In this document: positions 21,167 through 32,216 of the stretch, in pieces
Layout of the letters: every line of letters starts with the position of its first letter
How positions within the stretch are numbered: position 1 is the stretch's first letter
Virus record (IMG/VR): IMGVR_UViG_3300027627_000003
Location: 1 to 64,000 of that record
Direction: 5' to 3' (one strand)
Origin: a virus
Taxonomy: Duplodnaviria; Caudoviricetes
DNA length: 64,000 bases
Program-made: the position numbers and the translations under genes
The notes under the pieces: model-generated
What the model saw: only the letters and a program-made list of their open reading frames with translations
What the model was told of the DNA's origin: nothing
Database searches by the model: none

Positions 21167-21697
21167 CTAATACGCGGTCAGTGACGCATACCAACTATTA
21201 AGTTCTTTTTCATCATTTGATGTCATCCCATTTGTTTTGAGCAGTTTTAAAGATTGTTTGCCGTAAATTACTCTATGATTAAGTCTATCTGTTAAATTAA
21301 GCACTTCATCCATAGCTTTTTGGATATCATTTAACAAAGCACCTGCTTCTGCTATATTTTCAAATCCTGTAAGATTATAACTAGCCTTAAAGCGTTCAAA
21401 TAAATTAATAAGAGGCAATAATTCTTGTTGTGCTTTTTGGGCATCTTCTATTTCATTTTTAATGGCTGTAGCAGCGAGACTATCACGGTCTAAGTCCCTA
21501 GTAGAAAAGTCGGTACATTGGTCTAACCAATTTACCGTGTCTTGATTTCTTTGCCTTCCTTGGAGAATTAAAAAAGCTTCAAAATCAAGACTAATCTCAG
21601 TAAGTTTACCTGTTGCCTTGTTATAATATTTAGGTCTAGTCGCTTTACGTTTTGCCGATACTATATTCTGTTGGTTGTCGTCTAAAGAAATACTCAT
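21167..21697 (-). CDS. Hypothetical protein, structural module
   Basis: 176-aa helical ORF, translationally coupled. Confidence 0.7.
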   Translation of the reverse strand: MSISLDDNQQNIVSAKRKATRPKYYNKATGKLTEISLDFEAFLILQGRQRNQDTVNWLDQCTDFSTRDLDRDSLAATAIKNEIEDAQKAQQELLPLINLFERFKASYNLTGFENIAEAGALLNDIQKAMDEVLNLTDRLNHRVIYGKQSLKLLKTNGMTSNDEKELNSWYASLTAY

Positions 21698-24282
21698 ATT
21701 GCCACCCCAATTGTTTTAGACAACGCTTGTTTTGTAAGTACCTCGGCTGATTTTCCTATAGCGTCAGCGGCTTTAAATGGACCCATCACTGCCGCCTTGA
21801 GAAGCACGTTATCAATACCGTCTACTACATCCTTCATGGAGTTTTTTTGACATAAAGAGGCAAACTGAGTAAGCCCTCTATAGGCATCTTTGTTTTTTGA
21901 AAAGTTTGCAGATAATTGTAAAAAACTCTGATAACCACTACGCAGCACTAAAGTTCTTAAATCAAATGTAAATAATATAGAGTTTAATAAATTAATAAAT
22001 GCATCAGGAAGTTGTACATCTTTTACGCTACAGCCAATTAAATTAAGAAGGCTATTGACACCACCAGCAAAGCTTTCAATTAATCGAACAGGAACACAAA
22101 TAGCTTTAGCTATGATATCTTGTATATTTACAAGTATCTCCTTTATCGGTAAACCCCATGTTTTAAAAAATTCATTTAGTTTTTGCAGCAAAAGTCCAAA
22201 TAAATCAATTTTTAAACCAAAATCTAATGACCATGAACATTTTATGACCGAGGTATCAAAACCTAATGCTCCACCAATATTAAAATCTAGAGTTAAAAGC
22301 CTCTCTAACACTCCCAAAACTTTATTCAATACAGACTGTGCCTTAGCAATTAACGTATCTACGATATCTTGCACTAAAAGAATCCCACGCTTTAAGAATT
22401 CACAAGCCGTAATCACATCTTTTGATAAATCGGCTAAAGATTGCTCTATCAATCTTGTAAATTCGGTGCTGACATATGGTGTGCATTGATACTGAAATTT
22501 ACCTGATACCTGAGTTGGTTGTGCTGCTTGTTGTTGCTCTATATAACGACGGCTTTGACCCGCCTGGGACGCTTTTGTTATATCTTGATTATAAGCTATA
22601 TTTGAATCAGCAGTACTGCCAGTCTTCGAGTCTTTAATATCTTTATATTTTTTGAATTTATCTGTATTCTGCGCCTCAGCCTCTAATTTACTAAAATTAT
22701 TAGTATTTTTTTCTGATTTGCTACATTTTGAAAAATTCTGTTTCCATTCGACACGACGAAAGAGATTTGTCATGTAATTTTCAGCGGTTTGAAAACCGTT
22801 GGTGGGTTTATTTTTTGTATTGATTGCTTGATCGCCTATGTTTCCTGTATCTACTCCTATTTTTGCAAGCTCTGGATTAGGGCTATTCAGAATTTCATCA
22901 TTGATTGCGCTGGTTATTTCTCCGGCAGTTGCTTTTTGGTCAGTCCTAATAAATGCACCAGGCAATTCAGCAATTCGTGTGCGTTTTTTTATTGTATCGT
23001 TGCCTTTTAATTCTAAAAATAACTGGTCTATCCCAGCTTTAAAAGCTTGTCCTTTTTCTGTTGCGTTTAATTCAGTCAAAAAGGAATCAGTTAAGGCTAT
23101 TAATTGTCTTTCATAATCACCATCAAAAGTGGTTTGAGATAAACTGATTAGAAAGGAATGTATAGCAGAGGAGTATAGTGGTAATTTACCTGCTTCGTTT
23201 AGTAGGTCCCCAATAATATAATCGTCAACAGGCAGAGAAATGTTTTTTACTTCTGGTCTATTTTCAAATAGTTCCTTCATGTCATTAGAATTAAAGTGGG
23301 CTTTTACTAACTCCCAGTAGTTTGTATTAAACACATAACTACTTAAATTTTTATTTTGTCTATACTTAAGATACGATTTTAATCCCACTGTTAAAAATTT
23401 AACTTCATTCTGGTATCGAGGTTTTCTTTTTTCATTACTTAAAGGTAAAAGACACAATTCAGTAAAACTTTTTACTTGGGCTACGGATTCAGTCAAATAA
23501 CCCTCTAAGACAATATCCGCGTCACGAGGTTGACCACGAGAAAAAATGCGTGAGATATTTGTATCATCAAAGCCTATGTCTTTTAATTTATTTCCATTAG
23601 ATGTATTAACACCTATTTTGTTAACCCATATAACACTTTGTTTATATTTAGATAATTTAATATTTTCTAAATATGTATCTAATTTATTGAATGAGAAATT
23701 TAAATAAGGAAATTTACCATTAGTAAGATACTGCACTAAGGTAAACGCTCCATCGACGTTGTCTGCAATACCATCACCGAGAGCTAAAAAGGCTTCGTAG
23801 TTACCATTAGTTGCGAACCATAATTGCCGAAAAGCTTCTAAATCATTACCTACAGTAGAGGCAAACATTTTGCCGTTTAACAAAACGATACCAGCAGCTA
23901 ACAATTTACGTTCATCCAGGGAGACAACCGAAGGATCGTTTTCATCTAGTTCAGGATTAGTTAAACGTAGATTATCTTGAAATGCCTGAAGTGAAGCTAG
24001 TTCCTTTACTGGAGCACCTTTTATTAGTTGATTTCTTATATCTACTTGCTCTTTAAGAGCTATCAATAATCCAGGTATTATATTCTTCTCAGCGTTATCT
24101 AAATTGTTGCTTATAATTGACATGTCAGTATAAAATTCATCAGTAAATGCATTTAGAAGTGCCTCAATATTTGTAGGCAGTTCACACTGAGCATAACGAA
24201 GATGGTTTGGTTTGACAAAATCCACTATAGATCCTTTGAAAAATGGTCTTAAAGAATCTGATATCACCAACAAGGTAGCCAA
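21694..24282 (-). CDS. Hypothetical large structural-module protein
   Basis: 862-aa ORF with Cys-containing C-terminal region; start (TTG) uncertain. Confidence 0.7.
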   Translation of the reverse strand: MATLLVISDSLRPFFKGSIVDFVKPNHLRYAQCELPTNIEALLNAFTDEFYTDMSIISNNLDNAEKNIIPGLLIALKEQVDIRNQLIKGAPVKELASLQAFQDNLRLTNPELDENDPSVVSLDERKLLAAGIVLLNGKMFASTVGNDLEAFRQLWFATNGNYEAFLALGDGIADNVDGAFTLVQYLTNGKFPYLNFSFNKLDTYLENIKLSKYKQSVIWVNKIGVNTSNGNKLKDIGFDDTNISRIFSRGQPRDADIVLEGYLTESVAQVKSFTELCLLPLSNEKRKPRYQNEVKFLTVGLKSYLKYRQNKNLSSYVFNTNYWELVKAHFNSNDMKELFENRPEVKNISLPVDDYIIGDLLNEAGKLPLYSSAIHSFLISLSQTTFDGDYERQLIALTDSFLTELNATEKGQAFKAGIDQLFLELKGNDTIKKRTRIAELPGAFIRTDQKATAGEITSAINDEILNSPNPELAKIGVDTGNIGDQAINTKNKPTNGFQTAENYMTNLFRRVEWKQNFSKCSKSEKNTNNFSKLEAEAQNTDKFKKYKDIKDSKTGSTADSNIAYNQDITKASQAGQSRRYIEQQQAAQPTQVSGKFQYQCTPYVSTEFTRLIEQSLADLSKDVITACEFLKRGILLVQDIVDTLIAKAQSVLNKVLGVLERLLTLDFNIGGALGFDTSVIKCSWSLDFGLKIDLFGLLLQKLNEFFKTWGLPIKEILVNIQDIIAKAICVPVRLIESFAGGVNSLLNLIGCSVKDVQLPDAFINLLNSILFTFDLRTLVLRSGYQSFLQLSANFSKNKDAYRGLTQFASLCQKNSMKDVVDGIDNVLLKAAVMGPFKAADAIGKSAEVLTKQALSKTIGVAI

Positions 24283-25199
24283 TGAATATATTAAAAATAA
24301 AACATGGATATGGATTTTTTAGTGATAGTACAGTTACGTTAGCAAGTATTGTAGAATATTACAATAAATATAAACATTTACCAGAAATAGATCGCTCGCA
24401 AATATATTGTAAATATAAAGAAACCAAAGATGCCGAGGAATTTTTTAATTACAGGCTAAATGAAGCTGCTATTGGTAGTGTCTATCCATTCACAAAATAT
24501 TCAGACCTTGTTTTGAACGAGCAAATAGATATAGATGAATCAAAGCCTAATATCATAGCCTCCCCCCTATATTTAGATCTTTGGGGGAAGGAGATTTTGT
24601 CTTTTTGTAAGTTCAAAGACATTTATTTTTCAAATTTAGAATTTGTTATAAAGAAATACTTCTCTCCATCAAAAGAAGTTTTAGAAATTAAAAATAAATT
24701 AGAAGAAAATTATAATTTGAATCTTGAAAAGACTATTGGTGTTTATTATAGAGGTACTGATAAACGCCTAGAAGGCGAGCTACCTTCATATGAAACGTAT
24801 TTCAATAAAATACGTGAAATACTTTATAATAATCCCGATTATAGTCTTATTTTACAATCTGACGAACAAGAATTTTTAGATGCATCTAAAAGTATTTTTA
24901 CAGATGCAATTATTTTTAAAGAGGATTACCTAAAAGGAAGTAACAAAAGTGAGCTTTGTTGGTTCCATGAGCACAAAAATGTAAATCTAAATCAGATATT
25001 TTTTGCGATTATTTTAATACTTTCTGAATGCAAAAAAATTATTATGAATACTTCAAACGTAAGTTTGTGGGCTTGTTTATATAGAGGATATGCTGAAGGT
25101 ATACATCAATATCTGGAAAACAATCCAAAAATTGATAATGTTTTAGACTACCCTATAGATAATCCTTTTTATGATTCGATGCGTGATGATTGGGTTTAG
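24282..25199 (+). CDS. NodZ/GT23-like fucosyltransferase-type glycosyltransferase
   Basis: IGVYYRGTDK, LILQSDEQEF and ILSECKKII...SNVS motifs of the GT-B fucosyltransferase clan. Confidence 0.7.
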   Translation: MNILKIKHGYGFFSDSTVTLASIVEYYNKYKHLPEIDRSQIYCKYKETKDAEEFFNYRLNEAAIGSVYPFTKYSDLVLNEQIDIDESKPNIIASPLYLDLWGKEILSFCKFKDIYFSNLEFVIKKYFSPSKEVLEIKNKLEENYNLNLEKTIGVYYRGTDKRLEGELPSYETYFNKIREILYNNPDYSLILQSDEQEFLDASKSIFTDAIIFKEDYLKGSNKSELCWFHEHKNVNLNQIFFAIILILSECKKIIMNTSNVSLWACLYRGYAEGIHQYLENNPKIDNVLDYPIDNPFYDSMRDDWV

Positions 25200-25675
25200 G
25201 TAGGTAGCATTTTGGTTATAAACATTCTTAAATATGGAAAATATAAAGGCGTGGCAGTAGTAATTCTGTAAGAAATACCCCACTGCGGATCTGTATTCAA
25301 TGTTGTTTCATCAGTCAGTACACCTAGTTCCACTCCAATATTATTATCGGTAACCAATTTTTGTTGACCTGTTAAAAGATAGGGAAGGCTATAACTATTA
25401 GGATCTATAGCCGGATTATATTTTGCTTTAGACAAAACATGAAACTCCCCATACTCTACAATAAAGTCTCCTGTGCCGGAATCTCTGGTTAAAAGATAGC
25501 CAAATTCTACATATCTATATTGATTATACGAAAACCTATAATTAGAACTCATGACTAAAGTGAAATCGGTCATAACATAAGGTATTATAGGTAATGTAGA
25601 AGGTTCTGTGTCGCCTATCAACAAACCTGGACATAATTGCACGGAACCCATTTCTTCTGTGAAATTAAAATTCAA
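25196..25675 (-). CDS. Hypothetical protein
   Basis: 159-aa ORF coupled to the spike gene. Confidence 0.7.
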   Translation of the reverse strand: MNFNFTEEMGSVQLCPGLLIGDTEPSTLPIIPYVMTDFTLVMSSNYRFSYNQYRYVEFGYLLTRDSGTGDFIVEYGEFHVLSKAKYNPAIDPNSYSLPYLLTGQQKLVTDNNIGVELGVLTDETTLNTDPQWGISYRITTATPLYFPYLRMFITKMLPT

Positions 25676-27330
25676 GGTGACACCTTAATTGTTTTAGACG
25701 TTAAAGTGGTTATTAGAGCTTGTATTTGAGTAATTAAAGGGATTAACCCAGCATTTGGGACGACAGGACTACCAGGAGCAGTAGATACGGCAGGTAAAGA
25801 AATTGCTTGTATAATTAAATTCAAACAGCTTACGAGAACTTCTCCTAGCACCATAGATTGTGCTGGAGCGGCACCTAATCCTAGCGTGGCAGCACTTATT
25901 TTTAAGTCGGCAGCTTTAAGCATTAAAGCACCTGCAGCAGTTATATCTATCGTTGGGGATGCCAATTTAAAACTAGCACTGGAACTTAAATCCATAATAG
26001 GTGCAGAGGCTTTAAAATTTCCGCTAGTAGCAATTAAAATTAAATCTACAGCCGAATTAATTGTCGTACTGGCATTAGACTTGACCTCTAAACCAGTATT
26101 ATATTGATGCGACCCCGATCCAATACAGTTAACACTGTAATTACCACCTACCGTGGCTTCCATATTACTAACGACATCAAATGTAGCATCTGTACCTGCG
26201 GTCATTCCAATTGAAGTGCCTGCCAGTACCTCAACAGCTAGAGCCGATGTGAAATTCATGCCTTGCAGCGACGTAGCCATTTTAATAGGACCGGCAGGGG
26301 ATAAAACATTCCAACCGCTTTTAGATGCTAAAGATAAATTCCAGTTTACGTTTCCGATTTCATCTATAACAAAGCTCGTAGAATCTAAAGCGGGTGTATA
26401 GTAATCGTATTTCGCCCTAATATAAGCACCATTAGGTCCTATAGTTTGTACACCTTTGTCATCAAATACTTGCCCTTCTCGAATATCTAAAAGAATAGGA
26501 TTTGGTGCTGTTGGATATAGAGGGTTTTTAAGAACCTTAAGGTATTCTTTAGCAAATATTCTCTGTTTAAATTCACCTATTGAAATTAAAGCGGCGGCAG
26601 CAGCGTTTGCGGCAGTAGCAGTTACTTGTGCAAAACTCGGACTTGGAAAACCTGTAGGTAAAGTAAAATTCGGATAAGGATAATCAAAATAGTTAGAACT
26701 AGTAGTTGAGGTAGCTAATATAGCGGATAATGGATTTCTTGGCTGTAAAGTACTAGGATCAAACAAAAAGTTATAAGGTCTTTTAACAGCACCAAAGCGT
26801 TCCTCATCGCCTATTTCTTTAGCCTTATACTCGTAAATTTGTTTGGTATGGAGAGGAGATTTTGCTCCTATCTCTAGTCTGTCTTGGTCTATCCATGTAC
26901 GGCATACTCCTGCTCTTTGCTCTAACACAGGTCGCTGAGAGTAATAGGATTGAGCCATACCAGACGAGTTTATTTCTATCTCACCCGATTTTAGTGTTCT
27001 GTAAATATTTTTACTGCCCGTATATCCACTTATCTTATCTTTTGGGTTAAAACTATAATAGTTCACACATACTAGATCGCCGGTATCATTTCTGTAGCTA
27101 CACATAGCCGGTGTACCGTTTTCAGGTATGGCTCTAATCCAAGACGTATTACTTTCAAAGGGCATCGGTAATGGAATGCTACGCTCACCACCTGCATAGA
27201 CAAACTTCCCGCTTTGATTTTCCCCGCCTGCAGTATCTATAAAGGCGCTAAAAAGACCGGTCTGTGAATTAGCTCCTGTAAGCTGATTCGACCTAGCGGC
27301 ATTTTTAGTGACTTGTGATCTCCAATCCAT
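25672..27330 (-). CDS. Baseplate central spike (gpV/gp5-like)
   Basis: WIRAIPENGT OB-fold segment, long Ala/Ser/Thr beta-strand repeat region, apex-like C-terminus. Confidence 0.65.
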   Translation of the reverse strand: MDWRSQVTKNAARSNQLTGANSQTGLFSAFIDTAGGENQSGKFVYAGGERSIPLPMPFESNTSWIRAIPENGTPAMCSYRNDTGDLVCVNYYSFNPKDKISGYTGSKNIYRTLKSGEIEINSSGMAQSYYSQRPVLEQRAGVCRTWIDQDRLEIGAKSPLHTKQIYEYKAKEIGDEERFGAVKRPYNFLFDPSTLQPRNPLSAILATSTTSSNYFDYPYPNFTLPTGFPSPSFAQVTATAANAAAAALISIGEFKQRIFAKEYLKVLKNPLYPTAPNPILLDIREGQVFDDKGVQTIGPNGAYIRAKYDYYTPALDSTSFVIDEIGNVNWNLSLASKSGWNVLSPAGPIKMATSLQGMNFTSALAVEVLAGTSIGMTAGTDATFDVVSNMEATVGGNYSVNCIGSGSHQYNTGLEVKSNASTTINSAVDLILIATSGNFKASAPIMDLSSSASFKLASPTIDITAAGALMLKAADLKISAATLGLGAAPAQSMVLGEVLVSCLNLIIQAISLPAVSTAPGSPVVPNAGLIPLITQIQALITTLTSKTIKVSP

Positions 27331-30224
27331 TAGATGGACTTTCTTTTTAAACCAGCGGTTTTAAGCACTACTTTTTCACATGGTTTAGGCGGAATAAATT
27401 CACCTAAATGTGCAGCCGTATATGGTCCGGCTACAGAGGTAAAGTACCTATTACCCAAAGCTTTAGTTACTTCCTCTAAAATATTTTGATCTGCGGGTGA
27501 TACTTCATTTTTTACTAAATCGGGATTTAACGCATTTAAACATGCCCAAACTTTTTTTACACATTCTGTCTCAGACAAATTATTTTTTCTATAAAGGTCA
27601 GCAATTTGCTTTGCTCTTTCTTCAGACATTTTCCACTCAAAAGGAATTTGAAAATGTATACCATCGGGAGTTCTTTTAAACTTCCCACCCCAAAAAAGAG
27701 TATAACCGTTTGAATATGTGGAAATGACATTTTCATTATTTATCGAAGCATATGCAGGATGATTAATATTTCTTCCAGCCACGGCTATATTAAAGTCTAC
27801 GGCACAACCATAATTGTGATACGACTTAAATTTTTCTGCGGCAGGTAAACCATGTGCAATATTGTATTTCCGTATTTCTTCTTGCTCTTCTGGAGTTCTA
27901 TAAGTTGAAGTTATAGTCAAAGGAATATTTTTTGCAACGCAAGCTGCGTATAATTCTTCCACCATTTTTCTAAACGGCGGATAGAGCATATCAAGGTTTT
28001 TACCTAAAGTTTGTAAATATTTTTTTGGGTCCGGTGTGGATTGTTTCGTTTGTACATCTTTTTTAGCGTCTTTAGCCGATCCCGTCTCGACATAAACACC
28101 ACTGTTAGCTGCTTGGGGAACAGCTTTATCTTTGCCTGTACCGGATAACTTATTTAAATTCCCAGCCGTGGATTCTGGTGTACCCCAAACGGCACCATAA
28201 TCAATAGGAGTGTTGACCGCACCTGTTAATAATCGATAAGAACCGTCATGTCTTTCAGCCATAATCATATTACAACTAAGAGTGACACCTGCACTCTGCG
28301 CCACTGTCCAGTTATAAGTTACACTCTGTAATAAACCAATTCTCGCGGATTTTTTAAGGTGTATAGGTCTATTCGGAAATAAAAAAGGTCTATAGATTAC
28401 AGAGCCTGACCACATTGAAGCATCAGCCATGCGCTTTGTGAATTCTATCAATCCTAATTGTGCTAATCTTTGAGTTATAGATGTATTGCTGCCATTTTGT
28501 TGGATTTCTTCCGCTTTTTGTCCTGCAAACGGGAAGTCAACTTGACCTGTTACAACACCATAACGGTCTACCAGAGCAGGAGAATAAACATAAGCTCTAG
28601 GAGAAAATGTTTCTATTGCACCATTAGTAGCATCGTTCAATACATTAAAAGCAAACCCACCACCAACTTGAAGCACTGTTGGGAAATCTTCCGCTTCATC
28701 ATTTAGTGTTTCTTCTTTTTGATGTAAATCAAAAGTAAACAAATTAGCTATGCTGTTTTCTGTTTTATCACACTGTGGAAATGCTTTTTGATTACTCTTA
28801 GGTTTACTGCTACCTGTTAGCGGGTTTGATAAACTTTTCTTGGCTTCGTCTGCAGCACTCTTGACTGAAGATGATACGTTAGATGGAGTATTACCGAAAT
28901 TTGTCAAATAGGCACATGGAGTAAAACCATATTGAGGGAACTCAATAAGAATATCGCCTGAAGGCGAAGTCAAAACTTGGAAATCTAGTTTGCTTGCCAA
29001 GTCTCTAATACACTCCCAGCGTGTAGTCCAGTCCCTAGCCTCAGATCCCGATCCTGACATCATATCATATGATGTTAAGTTACCTGGACCAACGCCAGAT
29101 GCGGGCATAAGAAAATGTAAATAGCGTGCGGTAGGTCCGCCTACTGTCTTAGAATATTTCTTATTACTAGGAGATGTAGCCTGTCCTAATATATCCATGT
29201 CTTTAGCTGTCAGCCATAAATCATCCACCCCACCACCTTGAGGGAATGGAATTTTATTAACACCGAAAACGGTCATTAAATGCCAGCGTTCTAATGTATT
29301 CCCAGGCGACTGGGGATCATAACAAATGACGTTACCCAAACTGAAATAGCCCACACGCCTTTTTAATTCTTCTAGAGAGGATTCATCGACTGTCTTATTT
29401 ATCGTACTACCTAAAATTAGGTTTGTGATTGAATCTTGTAAATTTTGATTAGCAAATGGATGTGTAAGCAAAGAAGTATTGATAAAATCCGCGTAAAATC
29501 CTTTATCAAGAATTGGCTGTGGATCTGTATCAGATATATGAATATTTGTTTGGACACGCATTTTTGCTAACTGTTGTTTAATACAGCTACAAGATATACG
29601 CACCGCAGAACTGCCAGTTATAAAATCCGTAGTGATCGGGTGTTCTTGAATAAAGCCACAGAATATTTCAACCCACTCATCCCCTTTTACTGAAAAGGGA
29701 TTTTTTTTGAAAATACGCACCCAATCATGTTTGTTAAAAATGCAATCATTAACAGCTAACCTATACTTTCTTTCCTCGTAAGTATCGGGTGGATAGTATG
29801 GATTTTTATAAAAAGCATCATTACTACTTATAGAGCCATTAGAAGAAAAGTCTACCTTTTCAGTCTTTGTTTGCCCTAACACAGACTGTGTTGTATCCAA
29901 TTTATAATAAGCATTTGATTCTGTTTTTTGCTTCGCATTAAAGATGTCTCTTTTTACAGATTCATCATTAAAGTCACTTGTGCTGCGAAAATTACCTACA
30001 TTATTTCCTGCGCCTTTTAAATTCTCACGAGTTACTTGCCAAACTTTTTGGGGGTTTTGCAAATCAAACGAGGCTAAATTATAGCCATCCCTACCTGCAT
30101 AGGTAATAGAAACGCTACCTGACAACCACTTAGATACTTCACTACCTGCTATGTAGATCCGCATAGAATGATTAAAAGTAGAAAATCTTTTTTCAGTGAA
30201 ATTATATATATCAGATATAGGCAT
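27330..30224 (-). CDS. Baseplate hub fused to a C-terminal M15 (L-Ala-D-Glu type) peptidase
   Basis: TSTYRTPEEQ, SYHNYGCAVDF and WGGKF...DGIHFQ Zn-peptidase motifs; hub-like N-terminus. Confidence 0.8.
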   Translation of the reverse strand: MPISDIYNFTEKRFSTFNHSMRIYIAGSEVSKWLSGSVSITYAGRDGYNLASFDLQNPQKVWQVTRENLKGAGNNVGNFRSTSDFNDESVKRDIFNAKQKTESNAYYKLDTTQSVLGQTKTEKVDFSSNGSISSNDAFYKNPYYPPDTYEERKYRLAVNDCIFNKHDWVRIFKKNPFSVKGDEWVEIFCGFIQEHPITTDFITGSSAVRISCSCIKQQLAKMRVQTNIHISDTDPQPILDKGFYADFINTSLLTHPFANQNLQDSITNLILGSTINKTVDESSLEELKRRVGYFSLGNVICYDPQSPGNTLERWHLMTVFGVNKIPFPQGGGVDDLWLTAKDMDILGQATSPSNKKYSKTVGGPTARYLHFLMPASGVGPGNLTSYDMMSGSGSEARDWTTRWECIRDLASKLDFQVLTSPSGDILIEFPQYGFTPCAYLTNFGNTPSNVSSSVKSAADEAKKSLSNPLTGSSKPKSNQKAFPQCDKTENSIANLFTFDLHQKEETLNDEAEDFPTVLQVGGGFAFNVLNDATNGAIETFSPRAYVYSPALVDRYGVVTGQVDFPFAGQKAEEIQQNGSNTSITQRLAQLGLIEFTKRMADASMWSGSVIYRPFLFPNRPIHLKKSARIGLLQSVTYNWTVAQSAGVTLSCNMIMAERHDGSYRLLTGAVNTPIDYGAVWGTPESTAGNLNKLSGTGKDKAVPQAANSGVYVETGSAKDAKKDVQTKQSTPDPKKYLQTLGKNLDMLYPPFRKMVEELYAACVAKNIPLTITSTYRTPEEQEEIRKYNIAHGLPAAEKFKSYHNYGCAVDFNIAVAGRNINHPAYASINNENVISTYSNGYTLFWGGKFKRTPDGIHFQIPFEWKMSEERAKQIADLYRKNNLSETECVKKVWACLNALNPDLVKNEVSPADQNILEEVTKALGNRYFTSVAGPYTAAHLGEFIPPKPCEKVVLKTAGLKRKSI

Positions 30225-30254
30225 TGAACTCCCATTCAGACAATGGAAATAAAT

Positions 30255-30980
30255 CTAATATGAACAATCTGAATAGCCCCTTACTAAGGGTAATAAATTA
30301 CCTAAATTAAAACTGTCAGTTAATAACACCTTAGTATATTTGAATATGTAAGGACTGAGCGTTCGCCCAGAAGGTGCAATCCCAATTACAGGTATTTCAA
30401 AAAGTTTTGCATAAAATAATTTTTGATATAGTTCTGGACCATAAGGTTCCATATTTAAATCGCAAATCATCAGAGATGAACGCATCAAAAAATAAAGTTC
30501 CTTAAAGATCATACTATCTACATCTGTCTTAGTATCTGCTTGACGAATAATAGGTAAAACTTCTTCTAAAGGCTTGTTGTAGTCATAACTAAGTTTAAGA
30601 AACTTCAATTCACTTAATTTTACTTTTGATGTAATATTTTTTAATGCTTCTTTGTGTTGTGCTTCATGAAATTGCTGTTCAACAGGCACTAGAGGATTAA
30701 AAATAAGAAAATTATGCGGCTCCATCTCTTTTTTTAGAGTGTCAGCATAGCTTGGCATTTCCACGTAACTGTACCCTAAATAAATAAATTTATAGGGACA
30801 AACATCTAAACTTTCACTTTGACTTTCATCAAATTCATCATTCTTTACATTAGCATCTTCCTGAAGATTTGTTTCCAAACTAGATTGTTTTTTACTTGAA
30901 ACATAACTTTGTATTCTGGAAGCTACATCTTCAGATCTACTCATTAAATGATTTAGTTGATTCTCTAAATTATTTGCCAT
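30255..30980 (-). CDS. Hypothetical protein, possible nucleoside 2-deoxyribosyltransferase-like fold
   Basis: IYLG, IFNP, SSLMICDL, YAKLFEIPVIGI pattern. Confidence 0.45.
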   Translation of the reverse strand: MANNLENQLNHLMSRSEDVASRIQSYVSSKKQSSLETNLQEDANVKNDEFDESQSESLDVCPYKFIYLGYSYVEMPSYADTLKKEMEPHNFLIFNPLVPVEQQFHEAQHKEALKNITSKVKLSELKFLKLSYDYNKPLEEVLPIIRQADTKTDVDSMIFKELYFLMRSSLMICDLNMEPYGPELYQKLFYAKLFEIPVIGIAPSGRTLSPYIFKYTKVLLTDSFNLGNLLPLVRGYSDCSY

Positions 30981-31467
30981 TAGAGGTTCCCTTCTTACCT
31001 AAAGCTTTCGATATTTCACGCAAGAGCACGGATACTTCATCTGGTATTTTCAAGACTGGACTGTGTTCTTTTTTCTCTTTAGTGACACCTTCAACGCTCC
31101 ATAGTCTGTCGATCTCTGCAGACCGTACTGCTTCGGCAGCCTCATCACTTAAACCTACTACCTTACATAAATTAATAACAAAATTTAATTTACCAACTCT
31201 CTCCGCATCTTTTAAAAGAGATAATCCATTAAATTTTGGCTTTTCTATTTCTTCATTTTGAGCCTGGTATTCTAGAATTTTACCAACGTCGTCTAGTGCC
31301 TCAGTTAAAGCATGATCTAAGATCATGTCATCTACGATTACCTTAACTAATAAGTCTTTAACCTTACTAGCCTGCTCTAAAATATAAGGAAAATGATGTT
31401 TGATCTTATCAAAGACATCATCGCCTGGACGTTGATAAAGAAGATCTTTGTCTATAGGTAATGTCAA
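30970..31467 (-). CDS. Hypothetical protein
   Basis: 165-aa ORF, coupled. Confidence 0.7.
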   Translation of the reverse strand: MTLPIDKDLLYQRPGDDVFDKIKHHFPYILEQASKVKDLLVKVIVDDMILDHALTEALDDVGKILEYQAQNEEIEKPKFNGLSLLKDAERVGKLNFVINLCKVVGLSDEAAEAVRSAEIDRLWSVEGVTKEKKEHSPVLKIPDEVSVLLREISKALGKKGTSNGK

Positions 31468-32216
31468 GAATTAACCTCTTTATTCAAAGGTACGATAATG
31501 TACTCAGGTTTGCCGTAGTCTGATCCAGATTCATACCTCAACGGTCCTTCATGTCTTTGATGTGCGTGACCATTTAGAAATGTCTGAATATTGTATTGTT
31601 CTTGCAACGTATCACCTAAAGATTTCGGTCCGCCATAAGTAATGTCCAGGTTATTTTTGAATTCCACTATTGGAAAATGTGAACAAAAAACTATTTGTGT
31701 GTCTGAAGGTAAAAGTTTATCGAGATTTTCAAACACTTCTCTGTAACTTTTTATTCGCATATGCTGATGCGTATTACCGTCTAAAGCGTGTGGCATCCAC
31801 CTTAAATCATTAGTATTAGCGTCCTGCCCATACCAAAGGGAGTGCCCTACAAAACACACTCCATCTTGTCTGTATGGACCATCAGTATCTAAAAAATGGA
31901 CTTTATTTTCAGTAAATACCTGTTTGATTTTAGCTATATTTTCTTCAAAGCGTGCAGGCGAAGGGTTAGACTTTTTAGGGTTGCTGCACCAATAGTCGTG
32001 ATTACCTAAACAGCTTATAAATGGTTTTTGTGGAAAGTATTCCCGTACTAAATTTGTAATAGTCTGTGTAGATCTCGCACCGTCTAGACCACCGCAATTA
32101 TCACCAAGATTGATTAAAATATCTAAATCATCAAAAACCATACGCTCTAATTTTTTGCGTATAGTTTTCTCTTTAGTTAATCCAATATGCCAATCGCTAA
32201 ATAGACCGATCTTCAT
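31464..32216 (-). CDS. Calcineurin-like metallophosphoesterase
   Basis: SDWH, LGDN, LGNHD, GHS, SHFP and GHAH motifs. Confidence 0.9.
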   Translation of the reverse strand: MKIGLFSDWHIGLTKEKTIRKKLERMVFDDLDILINLGDNCGGLDGARSTQTITNLVREYFPQKPFISCLGNHDYWCSNPKKSNPSPARFEENIAKIKQVFTENKVHFLDTDGPYRQDGVCFVGHSLWYGQDANTNDLRWMPHALDGNTHQHMRIKSYREVFENLDKLLPSDTQIVFCSHFPIVEFKNNLDITYGGPKSLGDTLQEQYNIQTFLNGHAHQRHEGPLRYESGSDYGKPEYIIVPLNKEVNS

